From a virus (Duplodnaviria > Caudoviricetes), in the IMG/VR virus record IMGVR_UViG_3300049740_000090, positions 1-33,760 of that record: 33,760 nucleotides of DNA. One strand, given 5' to 3'. This document shows, in pieces, positions 9,957 to 18,672 of the stretch (position 1 is its first letter; the number at the start of each line of letters is the position of its first letter). A model generated the notes under the pieces. That model ran no database searches. It was not told the origin of the DNA and saw only the letters and a list, made by a program, of their open reading frames with translations. The translations under genes were made by a program, and so were the position numbers.

Positions 9957-10422
9957 CTTCTACCTCAAAATTATATTCAATGAAAATTGCTAATTTAGAC
10001 CAATCTCTATCTTTAACCCAATTCCAAAAACCTGCACGACCTATACCTTCAATGCCATCACAACCATCTTTTTTGCCAACTTCTTCTAAGGCATCAAGAA
10101 CAGTTGATGCCCAACCTTCCATGTTATTACCTGTTATATGCTCTACGCTCAACATAGTCTTGCCTGTTGGATAAACTATTTTTTGTGTAACTGCAATACC
10201 ACGTATATCAAATGAGCCTGTATCATAGACAATCCAAAGTCTATGACTGCCATTTAAACAATCATAAAAAATATCTTCTGGTCTAATGCGACCATTAGAA
10301 CGCTTACAAGATTTTTCTAAATACTTTTTAGCTCCTTCCCAAATTAATATAAGTTGGTCATTGTTTACTATAGAAAAATCATATTCACCCGAAGGCTCTT
10401 GATTTAGTGCTACGTTTGTCAT
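9943..10422 (-). CDS. GNAT-like virion assembly protein (positional analogue of P22 gp14)
   Basis: 159 aa alpha/beta pattern with LWIVYD, HITG.NMEGW and GIEGIGRAGFW; directly upstream of the pilot-like gene. Confidence 0.5.
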   Translation of the reverse strand: MTNVALNQEPSGEYDFSIVNNDQLILIWEGAKKYLEKSCKRSNGRIRPEDIFYDCLNGSHRLWIVYDTGSFDIRGIAVTQKIVYPTGKTMLSVEHITGNNMEGWASTVLDALEEVGKKDGCDGIEGIGRAGFWNWVKDRDWSKLAIFIEYNFEVEDEKI

Positions 10423-12137
10423 ACAGGAAATACCTCATTAAAGTTTATTGGGTTTACTTGTTTTGTTGTGCCTGTTCCTTTTTGTCTTATCTTGTCCATC
10501 ATGTCATAAAACTTAGCAGCACCAGAGTCAGTATCTCCACCACCTGCAATAGAAACTACATCTGCAGGTATAATAAATTCTCCTTGTGATACAGCTACAG
10601 TTTCACCACCCATATCAGCCATGACATCATCAGCTTGACCACCTAAGTTATTACCTTCTATTTTACCTTCTACTAATTCTGCTGAAGGTGTGTTTTCTAA
10701 AAGTACAGATTGTCTAAAAGCACTATAAGCTTCAGCTCCATATTTATCTATAAACTCAGCTACAACGCTATCATCTTCTGACCTACCTTCAATGTAATCT
10801 CTAACTTTATTCATTAACTCTAGGTCAGTAATCCCACCTGCATTAAATTGCATTGAGCCAAGAACAGGCATATTTGCAAAACTTGCTACTGATGAACTTA
10901 TGTCAGGAGTAAAATTATATGAAGCTTCTGCTGTATTAACTTGTTCTAACATAGGGGGTGCAATACCTGTATATGCTTTAAAAGGGTCAATAGTCTGTGG
11001 CGTAGTTGGTGTATTCATTGGAGCACCAAATCCACCTAAAGAATTTTGAGGTGTCATAGCTAATTCTCTATTTGATACTTCTGGTCCTTGATTTATTGCA
11101 GAGTCAGTTGGTGTTCCTAAATTTTGAAAAGGGTCAATAATATCATTAGGGTTAAAGTTTGTTGCAACTTGTTCGCTTATAGGAACATTAAGAGTGCTTG
11201 GGTCAAAGTATAAAGCTTCAGCATTTATTCCCGGAATAAACTCTGGATTAACCGGTACAGTTTTTCTTTGTGGTGCAGTCCTTACTACTTCTCCACCTTC
11301 GTTATATCCTGTAAGTCCACCAATAGCTGAGTATAAAATTGGCTCAGGATTATTAAGATAGTTCATTCTTCTTTCTTCTTCTGCTGCCATATCTCTAGCA
11401 AGAACATCTCTTTCAAAAGCTTCTTGTGCTTGTGTTATAGCTAATCCACCACCACCAATAGTAAGAGGAATGTATGCTCCGGGTTGGGAAGCTCCTGCTG
11501 CAAGAGCATCAAAACTTGCTCTAGCTCCACCTTCAAATGGAGTGGCAAATAAATCTTTAGCACCACTAGCAAACGAAGAAGCAGGATTAGTTAATGTAGG
11601 TAATGCAGCTTCTGCTGCTGAAGTTACTGCAGTTTCTGCTCCTTGTATAAATGCCTGATTACCGGCATCAGCTAATGCTTCACCTGCAGCTTGTTGTAAA
11701 GCTTCTTTAGTGACTAAGTCAGTAGTTGTATCCATACCGGCTTTTAAAATTGCTTCATTAGCAACACTAGCTGTTGCGTCTGTAGCAGCTTGTGCTCCTT
11801 TAGCAGCAACATTTGCTCCTTGAAGTATTGAGCCTAAACCATAACTTGTAAGACCTGCCATTAAACCTTTTTTCAAATCACCTTCTAGTATTCCGGTTGC
11901 AAGACCTGAGCCAAGACCTGCACCTACAGGTCCACCAAACACACCACCTACGATACTTGCTGCAATAGGTATTGCGTCCCTTAAACCAAATGCTTCAGGC
12001 AATCCTGTTTGTGGATTAATTGTCATCTGACCCATTTGTGCTAACCCTGCAACTTCAGATGGAGCCATATGTACTAATGTACTGTCTCCATATCTTCCTT
12101 GTTGAGCTATGCTCTTTACTTGATTTTGTATAGTCAT
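10419..12137 (-). CDS. Internal virion / ejection-associated protein (about 572 aa)
   Basis: Start better placed at 12137 (TAATG overlap, GAGG upstream). N-terminal GRYGDSTLVHM...TINPQTGLPEAF, glycine-zipper segments, C-terminal VSQGEFIIPADVVS motif. Confidence 0.65.
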   Translation of the reverse strand: MTIQNQVKSIAQQGRYGDSTLVHMAPSEVAGLAQMGQMTINPQTGLPEAFGLRDAIPIAASIVGGVFGGPVGAGLGSGLATGILEGDLKKGLMAGLTSYGLGSILQGANVAAKGAQAATDATASVANEAILKAGMDTTTDLVTKEALQQAAGEALADAGNQAFIQGAETAVTSAAEAALPTLTNPASSFASGAKDLFATPFEGGARASFDALAAGASQPGAYIPLTIGGGGLAITQAQEAFERDVLARDMAAEEERRMNYLNNPEPILYSAIGGLTGYNEGGEVVRTAPQRKTVPVNPEFIPGINAEALYFDPSTLNVPISEQVATNFNPNDIIDPFQNLGTPTDSAINQGPEVSNRELAMTPQNSLGGFGAPMNTPTTPQTIDPFKAYTGIAPPMLEQVNTAEASYNFTPDISSSVASFANMPVLGSMQFNAGGITDLELMNKVRDYIEGRSEDDSVVAEFIDKYGAEAYSAFRQSVLLENTPSAELVEGKIEGNNLGGQADDVMADMGGETVAVSQGEFIIPADVVSIAGGGDTDSGAAKFYDMMDKIRQKGTGTTKQVNPINFNEVFPV

Positions 12138-12472
12138 TATCTTTCCTCTGTTGTTTCGCAACCAAACGCATTAAAGCTAAAGTCTGCTGTACTTGCGTAT
12201 ACTCTTATTTTATCAGCCTCATTAAGAGTTATGCCAATAACAATAGTATCGGAAGTATTTGCGTTCACCGATTTGTCATAAAATAAATACTGTGGATTAG
12301 CAGTTGTCGCTCCTGCTACTGCCACAGATATTCTATAAGTTCCTGTACTACCTCTATTACAAACTACTATAGAACTTACAGTTGTTTGTGTTTGAGAAGG
12401 TACTGTATAAAAATCTGTTTCTGTAGTTGCACTAGGTGCTGACTGTCCTAAAACTTTTAAACTATCAGACAT
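12137..12472 (-). CDS. Small beta-rich virion protein, function unknown
   Basis: 111 aa, Ser/Thr/Val-rich beta pattern, coupled to both neighbours. Confidence 0.6.
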   Translation of the reverse strand: MSDSLKVLGQSAPSATTETDFYTVPSQTQTTVSSIVVCNRGSTGTYRISVAVAGATTANPQYLFYDKSVNANTSDTIVIGITLNEADKIRVYASTADFSFNAFGCETTEER

Positions 12473-12671
12473 TTCCTTTAGACCCCATTAATAAAAACTG
12501 ATGTCTTCGCATAGCCTTAGAAACTATCGTTGACTTCAATTCATCTATCAAACCTATATCACTATGTATGTCTTGAATTATTTGCTCAATAGTTCTGCGT
12601 GTAATTAATTCATTATCCATTACATATTCAGGTGTTGGTATAGGTAAAGGTATGGAAGATTTATTAGCCAT
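12465..12671 (-). CDS. Hypothetical protein (68 aa), possibly tail-associated
   Basis: Coupled by TAATG to the hub gene; LPIPTPEY followed by a short helix. Confidence 0.55.
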   Translation of the reverse strand: MANKSSIPLPIPTPEYVMDNELITRRTIEQIIQDIHSDIGLIDELKSTIVSKAMRRHQFLLMGSKGNV

Positions 12672-14524
12672 TATTTTTCTCCGTCAGCTCTTATATCTAA
12701 TCTTAAATCACCAAGTCGCCAACCAAAGTCTCCTGATGTAGATTGTATTTTAAGTGCAGTTTGTCTTGACCTTCCTCGTGTACTTACAAAAGTAGTAGAT
12801 GGAGTTACGTTAGAAGTTGAAAGAGTAGCTAAATCTTCTAAAGGATATTTTCTTCCTCTTAGAATAAAACTTACTGTGTCATTAGTACTGCTTGATTGTA
12901 AAAATTTTAAGTCTGGTATAACTTTTGAAATAAACATAAGCTGTTCTCCGGCAGGGTCTAAATCAAAATCTGCAGTTTCTACATATGATGTAAAACCTGA
13001 GCCATCTGCTAAATTGCCATCTTCTTGATTGTATAAATAATTAAGATTTGTATTGTCTAACTTACCTGCAGCTAAAGGAAAATCTAGGGTAGGAGCTTGT
13101 GACCAAGCTGTTCTCGTATAACCATCTGTTGTTGTACCAACTGCCCAAGCATTTTCTAAATAATTATAAGAAACATATCTATCTATTTCATTGCTTCCTG
13201 AAGAAGGATAAAACCAAATTATTTCATTGTAAGCAGAATTGTTTGCTGCAAAAACTTTATATTTTTGTGATTGATTGAAGTCACTAAATACATAATCTAA
13301 AACTGTACATGGCAGTTTTCCTACACTACCTTCAGCTTTATAGAAAGCACCATCGTCCATAAAATATACTGCAGTTCCTATAGCTATACCTGCATTAGGT
13401 CCAATCATGCCTAATCCTGTAGCAACTTCATTAAAAGAAAAATAAAAAGGTGAGCCAACAAATCTCATAGAAACTACACTTGTATCTGTAAATACTAAAG
13501 TTTCTTGTCTAGTAGGTATGGCTCCAATAATCTGACTACCTGAAGAAAGTTTTACTCCACCGGCACTATTAGTTGCTTTAGGTGTCCAATCTAAAAAAGA
13601 CTCAGAGTCTGACCATCTAACAAATAATGGGTCTACTACAGCAGAGCCTATAGGGTTAGCTCCAAAAGCAACACAATGCCTATCCACATCAGAAATCATT
13701 ACTTGTAGTATTGAAGTAGGTATATCACTAGCACCCCCTAAAGAACTAGCAAGAACTGCACGAGTTGTAGTTCCATTGCTTTCGTCCCACAAATAAAGTG
13801 GACCACCTCTAGGTGCTGCTAAAGTATCTTCTCCAAAATTATCTATTGTCCAAATTCTTAATTGGCTGTTTAATGCAATTGGATTTGTACTTCCAAAACC
13901 ACCTGCACCCCATACACCTGACCCCCAACCTGAACCTGAAACAAAAACATCTAAGCCACCGGTTATTTGATATGTACCAACAGTATTACTTCCACCTGAC
14001 TGCCCTACATCATTTGCAGAAGCTGTTACTGTAGCTGTAATAGTATATGTATTTGCAGTTGGTGTTGTTTGAATTTGATATTCTTTATTTAAAACTGCTG
14101 CTGTTATATTGCCACCTAAACTTTGTGCACCACTAAAGGTAACAAAGTCTCCCGGATTAGCTCCATGGTTTGCATCTGTTACAGTAAGAGTGCTTGAATT
14201 TTCTGTCGCTGCAAATGTGACATCTCCTGCAGCAGTAGTTAATCGTATAGGAGTAATATCATTAAAAGCATTACCTTCTTTAATATAAAGCTTTTGATGT
14301 GTTCCAAGAATTGTATAGTTTGTTAAACCGGTATCACTATAGTTGTGTATTTTTCTGCAAGTTCCAATAAAAGTATTTGTACTATTTTTTGTCCAGCCAT
14401 TAATTTTTTCAGGAACGCCTTTTCTAAATCTTATTTTTTCTGAGTCAACATAACCACCATCTGCAGCATAGGCTGTAGACTCTTTGTTTATTCCGGGTTT
14501 AAATTGAAACTTTACTAATGCCAT
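12671..14524 (-). CDS. Tail hub / phage stabilisation protein (P22 gp10-like) with inserted beta domain
   Basis: 617 aa. KPGINKE..Y...GG...KIRFR.G.PEKI.GW start, VRWSD, EIIWFYP, RYV.YNY, C-terminal WRLG.LRLDIR.DG. The insert VTDANHG...GDFVTF resembles an FCCH-like domain. Confidence 0.75.
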   Translation of the reverse strand: MALVKFQFKPGINKESTAYAADGGYVDSEKIRFRKGVPEKINGWTKNSTNTFIGTCRKIHNYSDTGLTNYTILGTHQKLYIKEGNAFNDITPIRLTTAAGDVTFAATENSSTLTVTDANHGANPGDFVTFSGAQSLGGNITAAVLNKEYQIQTTPTANTYTITATVTASANDVGQSGGSNTVGTYQITGGLDVFVSGSGWGSGVWGAGGFGSTNPIALNSQLRIWTIDNFGEDTLAAPRGGPLYLWDESNGTTTRAVLASSLGGASDIPTSILQVMISDVDRHCVAFGANPIGSAVVDPLFVRWSDSESFLDWTPKATNSAGGVKLSSGSQIIGAIPTRQETLVFTDTSVVSMRFVGSPFYFSFNEVATGLGMIGPNAGIAIGTAVYFMDDGAFYKAEGSVGKLPCTVLDYVFSDFNQSQKYKVFAANNSAYNEIIWFYPSSGSNEIDRYVSYNYLENAWAVGTTTDGYTRTAWSQAPTLDFPLAAGKLDNTNLNYLYNQEDGNLADGSGFTSYVETADFDLDPAGEQLMFISKVIPDLKFLQSSSTNDTVSFILRGRKYPLEDLATLSTSNVTPSTTFVSTRGRSRQTALKIQSTSGDFGWRLGDLRLDIRADGEK

Positions 14525-14968
14525 TTATACCTCATGCCATTGCTCTCCTTGAAATAAAAGAGCTTCTGCTTCTCGCCTTCTTACTAATCCGTTAAGCACT
14601 TCTCCTCCTGCTTTATTCCATCTTTTAATTTGATATGGAACTTCTTCATACATACCTTTATTTAAAACTTTAAGCATTGTAGAACTAGATAAATTTGTTG
14701 GTCCTAAGTTATATGTCCAACATACTAGTGCATCAAACTGACATTGTTCTAATTCTACATCTACTAAATCTTCTACATAGCTTTCAAATTCTTCAAGTTC
14801 TATTTCTAAAAATGCTTCTGCTTCTTCTTTAGATATTTCCATGCCTTCAAATACTTCTTTAGTATGACCCCAACCTATAGTCCAAACTCCAACACTATCT
14901 TGATATGCTGTAAGTTCTAAGCCTTCAAACTTCTTTATAAGGGCAATACCCTCTTTAGATATTTTCAT
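14525..14968 (-). CDS. Endolysin, GH24 phage lysozyme (147 aa)
   Basis: MKISKEGIALIKKFEG, catalytic E-x8-D-x5-T (FEGLELTAYQDSVGVWTIG), YNLG, GLVRRREAE. Start at 14968 has GAGGAG upstream; no signal or SAR anchor. Confidence 0.95.
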   Translation of the reverse strand: MKISKEGIALIKKFEGLELTAYQDSVGVWTIGWGHTKEVFEGMEISKEEAEAFLEIELEEFESYVEDLVDVELEQCQFDALVCWTYNLGPTNLSSSTMLKVLNKGMYEEVPYQIKRWNKAGGEVLNGLVRRREAEALLFQGEQWHEV

Positions 14969-14972
14969 TTTC

Positions 14973-15326
14973 TTACTCCTCATAGGTAGTGACTTTTCTA
15001 TAGTAGACCACCACTTCTTTAAGTTCATTTATATACCTCTTTAGTTCTTGCATATTGTAAGACATCAATTCATAGTCAGGAATTGACATTGCTACAAAGA
15101 CTATTCGACCTTCTTCTTTTTTAACTCTTTTTAAAAATTCATCTACATTAAGTTCAGAAACTACAAACCAATATGGCTCATTAAGATTTATCTCTCTCGG
15201 CATGACCGGTTGAGCTATTGTTCTTTTTAAAGGTTTACTAATTACATCTACTTGTTTAGGGATTAGACTGCAACTGTAAGCCGTCATCAAGACTATCAAT
15301 GATACGACTATCTGCTTCAATGCCAT
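14973..15326 (-). CDS. Outer-membrane spanin (Rz1-like lipoprotein)
   Basis: Signal peptide with lipobox-like TAYSC, Pro-containing linker, C-terminal amphipathic helix. Overlaps the 3' end of the i-spanin gene in another frame. Start may be 15326 or 15347. Confidence 0.7.
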   Translation of the reverse strand: MALKQIVVSLIVLMTAYSCSLIPKQVDVISKPLKRTIAQPVMPREINLNEPYWFVVSELNVDEFLKRVKKEEGRIVFVAMSIPDYELMSYNMQELKRYINELKEVVVYYRKVTTYEE

Positions 15327-15648
15327 TAAATACTTCTTTAGTTCCATTGTTTACCCTCTTTTCTATTAACCCCGGTTTAGCTGCTGCTAACTTGCTAAGA
15401 TTATGTCGTTTAAAAATATCAAGATACCTATTCATTTCTTGTTGAATCTCTTGATTTCTGGATTGTAGTTCTACTAATCCTTTTGTTTGCATTTCAAAAT
15501 CTTGTTGCATACTTTCAATAGCTTCTTTTTGTTCTTGATTTCTTAGCTCATAAGCTTTATTTAAAGATTGCAAAGAAGAATTTTGCCAATACAAAAATCC
15601 ACATATAGAAATCAAAACTGCTATTACACCTAATAAAATTTTACTCAT
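15256..15648 (-). CDS. Inner-membrane spanin (Rz-like)
   Basis: 130 aa, single N-terminal TM (ILLGVIAVLISICGFLYW) then long coiled coil; upstream of the lipoprotein and lysozyme genes. Confidence 0.7.
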   Translation of the reverse strand: MSKILLGVIAVLISICGFLYWQNSSLQSLNKAYELRNQEQKEAIESMQQDFEMQTKGLVELQSRNQEIQQEMNRYLDIFKRHNLSKLAAAKPGLIEKRVNNGTKEVFNGIEADSRIIDSLDDGLQLQSNP

Positions 15649-16763
15649 TGACTTTGCCTTATTACAATTACAGAAGAGCCACCACCATTTACTTTAACTT
15701 GATTAGTGACACCATCTTGTTCTAAAACTACTAAGTAGCTTTCTCCACTATCTATTTGTATTGATGTAGATGAAGCGACTGACCTTGTTAATTTTACTTC
15801 TTGTCCAGAAACTATTGTAGTTATTTGTGTTTTTTGGTCTTGCCCTATAGTAGTGCCTTCTATATTTACTGCTGATATTGTTTGAGTTAATTCTTTCTCA
15901 TTATCTAAAACATCAAGTTCAGTAATTATATCTAACAAATCTTCTAAAAAATTTACATTCAAAGCATCATAGTCTAATTCTGTAAATTCTAGTTCGTCTT
16001 TATCTAGCGAATCATCAGCTAAATAATCTACATCTAGTTCATCAAAATCTAATAAATTATTCTCTTGTTTTTTTTCAGTATTTTCTTCTATATCCTTATC
16101 TTCTTCGGGTGGAGCAATCAATAACATATTGTTTATAAAATCCAAAGACAAATCTAAAATAACCGGATTACTTGGTGGAGCTTCATAAACTCTAGTAGTT
16201 GTAGCCTGATAAGGTTTATTAAGTATTACTGTACCCATTGCTGTTGTCACAGATATTTCGCCTGATGGGTTGCCATCTTTGTCAGGTAATAATATAAACA
16301 AACTTTTTCCTGTATCTGGCTCTACTGTTATTGTAAAGTCTGTTCCTCTAATTCCTACTACTGCACTATTTGTTGTAAGCTTTATATTTTTTTTAGATAT
16401 TTTATTAGTAAGACTTGAAGTAAATCTTGCTGTACCTTTTACAAAATTTAAAGCTAATCTAGAATTATCTGGGTTTGCATCAAATACAAATTCATCTATG
16501 ACTACCATTGAATGTTCAGTAATCCGAATACTTGTATCGTCTATAAATCTAATACCCATACGACCTGCTTCTGTTTGTGCTTTGTCGTAAGACTGTATGC
16601 CAAAGTCTGTAATTACATCATAATTTTTGTCACGTTCTATTCTGGCATATCCTGATACTTGTTCTACAGTTCCTATATCAACAGCTTGTGCTAGTGCCTT
16701 GGTCGTTTTGATTGACACAGAAAGTACCATTAGAGCCATTAGAAGTAATCTTAAGCCAATCAT
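15645..16763 (-). CDS. Exported FecR-domain protein with acidic linker and C-terminal beta strands
   Basis: Signal-like N-terminus, FecR motifs (T..GRM.I.F.D.T.I.I.EHS; TTNSAVVGIRGTDF), D/E-rich middle. Start uncertain (16790, 16763 or 16739). Confidence 0.8.
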   Translation of the reverse strand: MIGLRLLLMALMVLSVSIKTTKALAQAVDIGTVEQVSGYARIERDKNYDVITDFGIQSYDKAQTEAGRMGIRFIDDTSIRITEHSMVVIDEFVFDANPDNSRLALNFVKGTARFTSSLTNKISKKNIKLTTNSAVVGIRGTDFTITVEPDTGKSLFILLPDKDGNPSGEISVTTAMGTVILNKPYQATTTRVYEAPPSNPVILDLSLDFINNMLLIAPPEEDKDIEENTEKKQENNLLDFDELDVDYLADDSLDKDELEFTELDYDALNVNFLEDLLDIITELDVLDNEKELTQTISAVNIEGTTIGQDQKTQITTIVSGQEVKLTRSVASSTSIQIDSGESYLVVLEQDGVTNQVKVNGGGSSVIVIRQSQ

Positions 16764-17385
16764 TATCAAGTGTGCTTTGTTGTGTAACATTTATTGTTCT
16801 TGACCCTCCTGTATGAGTCAAATGAAAATATGCTCCTTGATACCCGTCACCATCAAATGTCACAGTATTATCAGACCCATCTATGTTCATATAGTTTGTA
16901 GCTAAGTCTTGGTCAATTGCAGATGTAATTGAATTATTAGAGCCATTTATTGTCCAATCTAAATCTAATGTAGAAGCTTGTGCATTAGTCGCCTGATTAA
17001 AAGTAAAAGCATTTGATGACCCAGACACTTGTACATTTATATTAGAACTGTCTGCACCATAAGTATTATTAGGGTCTGTCTGTATGGCAAATGTATTAGA
17101 GTCTCCGGTAAATTCAAAAAAGCCTGTATAACTATCAGCATATATATCGCCTTTAAATATATTTGAATTACCTAGTTGGTTTACATCAAGTGTCATTGTT
17201 GCACCATCTAAATCTAATGGTGTCATAGTACCTGATACAGCAGTAGCTCCACCGATTAAGTTTCCAGACCCAAGCTGCTCAATATCTATATTTGCCGTAG
17301 CTCCTGCTTGGTCTATAGATATTTCATTGTCTGTAGCAAAAATATTTATACTTAAAAAAATAATTACTGGTAAATACTTTTTCAT
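16678..17385 (-). CDS. Secreted curlin-like repeat (beta-solenoid) protein
   Basis: Sec signal MKKYLPVIIFLSINIFA. Repeats IEQLGSGN, VNQLGNSN, FTGDSN, VSGSSN, INGSNN, IDGSDN; N/Q/G/S/T-rich; directly after csgG. Confidence 0.75.
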   Translation of the reverse strand: MKKYLPVIIFLSINIFATDNEISIDQAGATANIDIEQLGSGNLIGGATAVSGTMTPLDLDGATMTLDVNQLGNSNIFKGDIYADSYTGFFEFTGDSNTFAIQTDPNNTYGADSSNINVQVSGSSNAFTFNQATNAQASTLDLDWTINGSNNSITSAIDQDLATNYMNIDGSDNTVTFDGDGYQGAYFHLTHTGGSRTINVTQQSTLDNDWLKITSNGSNGTFCVNQNDQGTSTSC

Positions 17386-18185
17386 TCTTTATAGCTCCAA
17401 TATTGTTTTTCAATTCCTTTTTTGATTGTAGACAAAATAGCTTCTTCAATTGCTGCTTGTACAGCTATCGTTACGCTTTCATTTTCTACATCACCATTTT
17501 CTATTTCAATCAATTCGGTTTTATTTTCTATAAATCTAAAAGCGTCTTGATTAGTTCCAACACTTAATATAGTTTTTGATACTGTAACTTCTATTAAAAC
17601 TCTACCGGTTAAAACAGATACAGTTCTCAAAGACAGTGTGACAGTATCTTGTCTATATTGTTTTGATAACCCTATACCTAAAAGTCTAGCTCCACGACCT
17701 CCACTTCTTGTATTGGTTTCATAGCCGACTATAGCTCCTTCCATTATAAGACCTGCAAAAACTAATGGTTTTAATTTTTGTGGGTCATCAAATGTTTCTC
17801 TGGTATTTCTTATTAGTTGTCTTTCTTTAGTTAGATTATCTAAACCTATTCTTTCTACAACTTCAAAAAACTCTCCGTTAGATACAGCTTTTAAAGTCTT
17901 TATCAAAAGCACATATGGTGCTTGTGTGACTGCTGTGCTAAACGTTGCAAAATTACTATTACTTCTTCTTTGTCCTGTTTGGTCTGTAAAAGAAGTTGGG
18001 TATATAGCTACTATAGGTTTTTTATCTGCCGGTAAAATAGTCTCTATTTCTTTATTAATAACTCCAACTCTTTCAGCATACTTTGAAATCTTTTGATTTT
18101 GTAAAGCATCATCATAAAAGACAGTACAGCTAGAAAGTAAAACTATTAAGAGGAAAAGTAATAACTGTTTGTTTGTTAGCTTCAT
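17382..18185 (-). CDS. csgG: Curli secretion channel CsgG/HfaB family lipoprotein
   Basis: Lipobox LSSC; F.DQTGQ, FSTAVTQ, F.VVERIGLDNLTKERQLIR, EGAI.GY, G.GARLLGIG.SKQYRQD.VT.SLR.VSV.TG, ENE.V..AV..AIE. Confidence 0.95.
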   Translation of the reverse strand: MKLTNKQLLLFLLIVLLSSCTVFYDDALQNQKISKYAERVGVINKEIETILPADKKPIVAIYPTSFTDQTGQRRSNSNFATFSTAVTQAPYVLLIKTLKAVSNGEFFEVVERIGLDNLTKERQLIRNTRETFDDPQKLKPLVFAGLIMEGAIVGYETNTRSGGRGARLLGIGLSKQYRQDTVTLSLRTVSVLTGRVLIEVTVSKTILSVGTNQDAFRFIENKTELIEIENGDVENESVTIAVQAAIEEAILSTIKKGIEKQYWSYKE

Positions 18186-18672
18186 TAGTAACTGTCAAAA
18201 TTATATTGGTTTCATCAACCTTATAGTCAATAGTATTCCCCTCAAGTTCTATTGTCCCGTTATCTTGTGCAGTTTCTCCAAACAACTTATCAACTAATTG
18301 TTGAGATAATTTTGCATAAACTCTTGTTTCAAAGTTTCTTATAAATCTTGCAGTTGTAGTATTCTGTTCATCTCTTTCTGCCTGTTCTACTAAAGCTTCT
18401 ACTTCTTCTTGCAATGTTTTATATCTAGTATGTTCTTGATTTTCTATTGTTAAATAATGTTGAGATGTATTGATACCTGAAAAGCTTGGTGACTTAAATT
18501 TAAAATTCATTTCATCAGCTAATGCTAGATTTACACAAAATGCTATGACTATAAATAAACCAACATACATACAAATAATTAAAGCTACGTCTTTATCTCT
18601 TGCTTTCTTTCTAGCAACTAGTTCTGCATTAGAAGGTCTGCCTCTTTTTCTTTTAATCTTTTCTTTGGTCAT
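18130..18672 (-). CDS. csgF: Curli assembly component CsgF with basic N-terminal extension
   Basis: After a hydrophobic signal ending ALA, the mature region DEMNFKFKSPSFSG parallels the CsgF N-terminus (GTMTFQFRNPNFGG). Also ARFIRNFETRVYAKLSQQL; immediately upstream of csgG. Confidence 0.85.
   Translation of the reverse strand: MTKEKIKRKRGRPSNAELVARKKARDKDVALIICMYVGLFIVIAFCVNLALADEMNFKFKSPSFSGINTSQHYLTIENQEHTRYKTLQEEVEALVEQAERDEQNTTTARFIRNFETRVYAKLSQQLVDKLFGETAQDNGTIELEGNTIDYKVDETNIILTVTNEANKQTVITFPLNSFTF

Noticed and set aside
14969-15028. N-terminal extension of the lysozyme given in the ORF track
   Set aside because: Overlaps the o-spanin gene; a strong SD supports the start at 14968, so it is not a SAR or signal domain.
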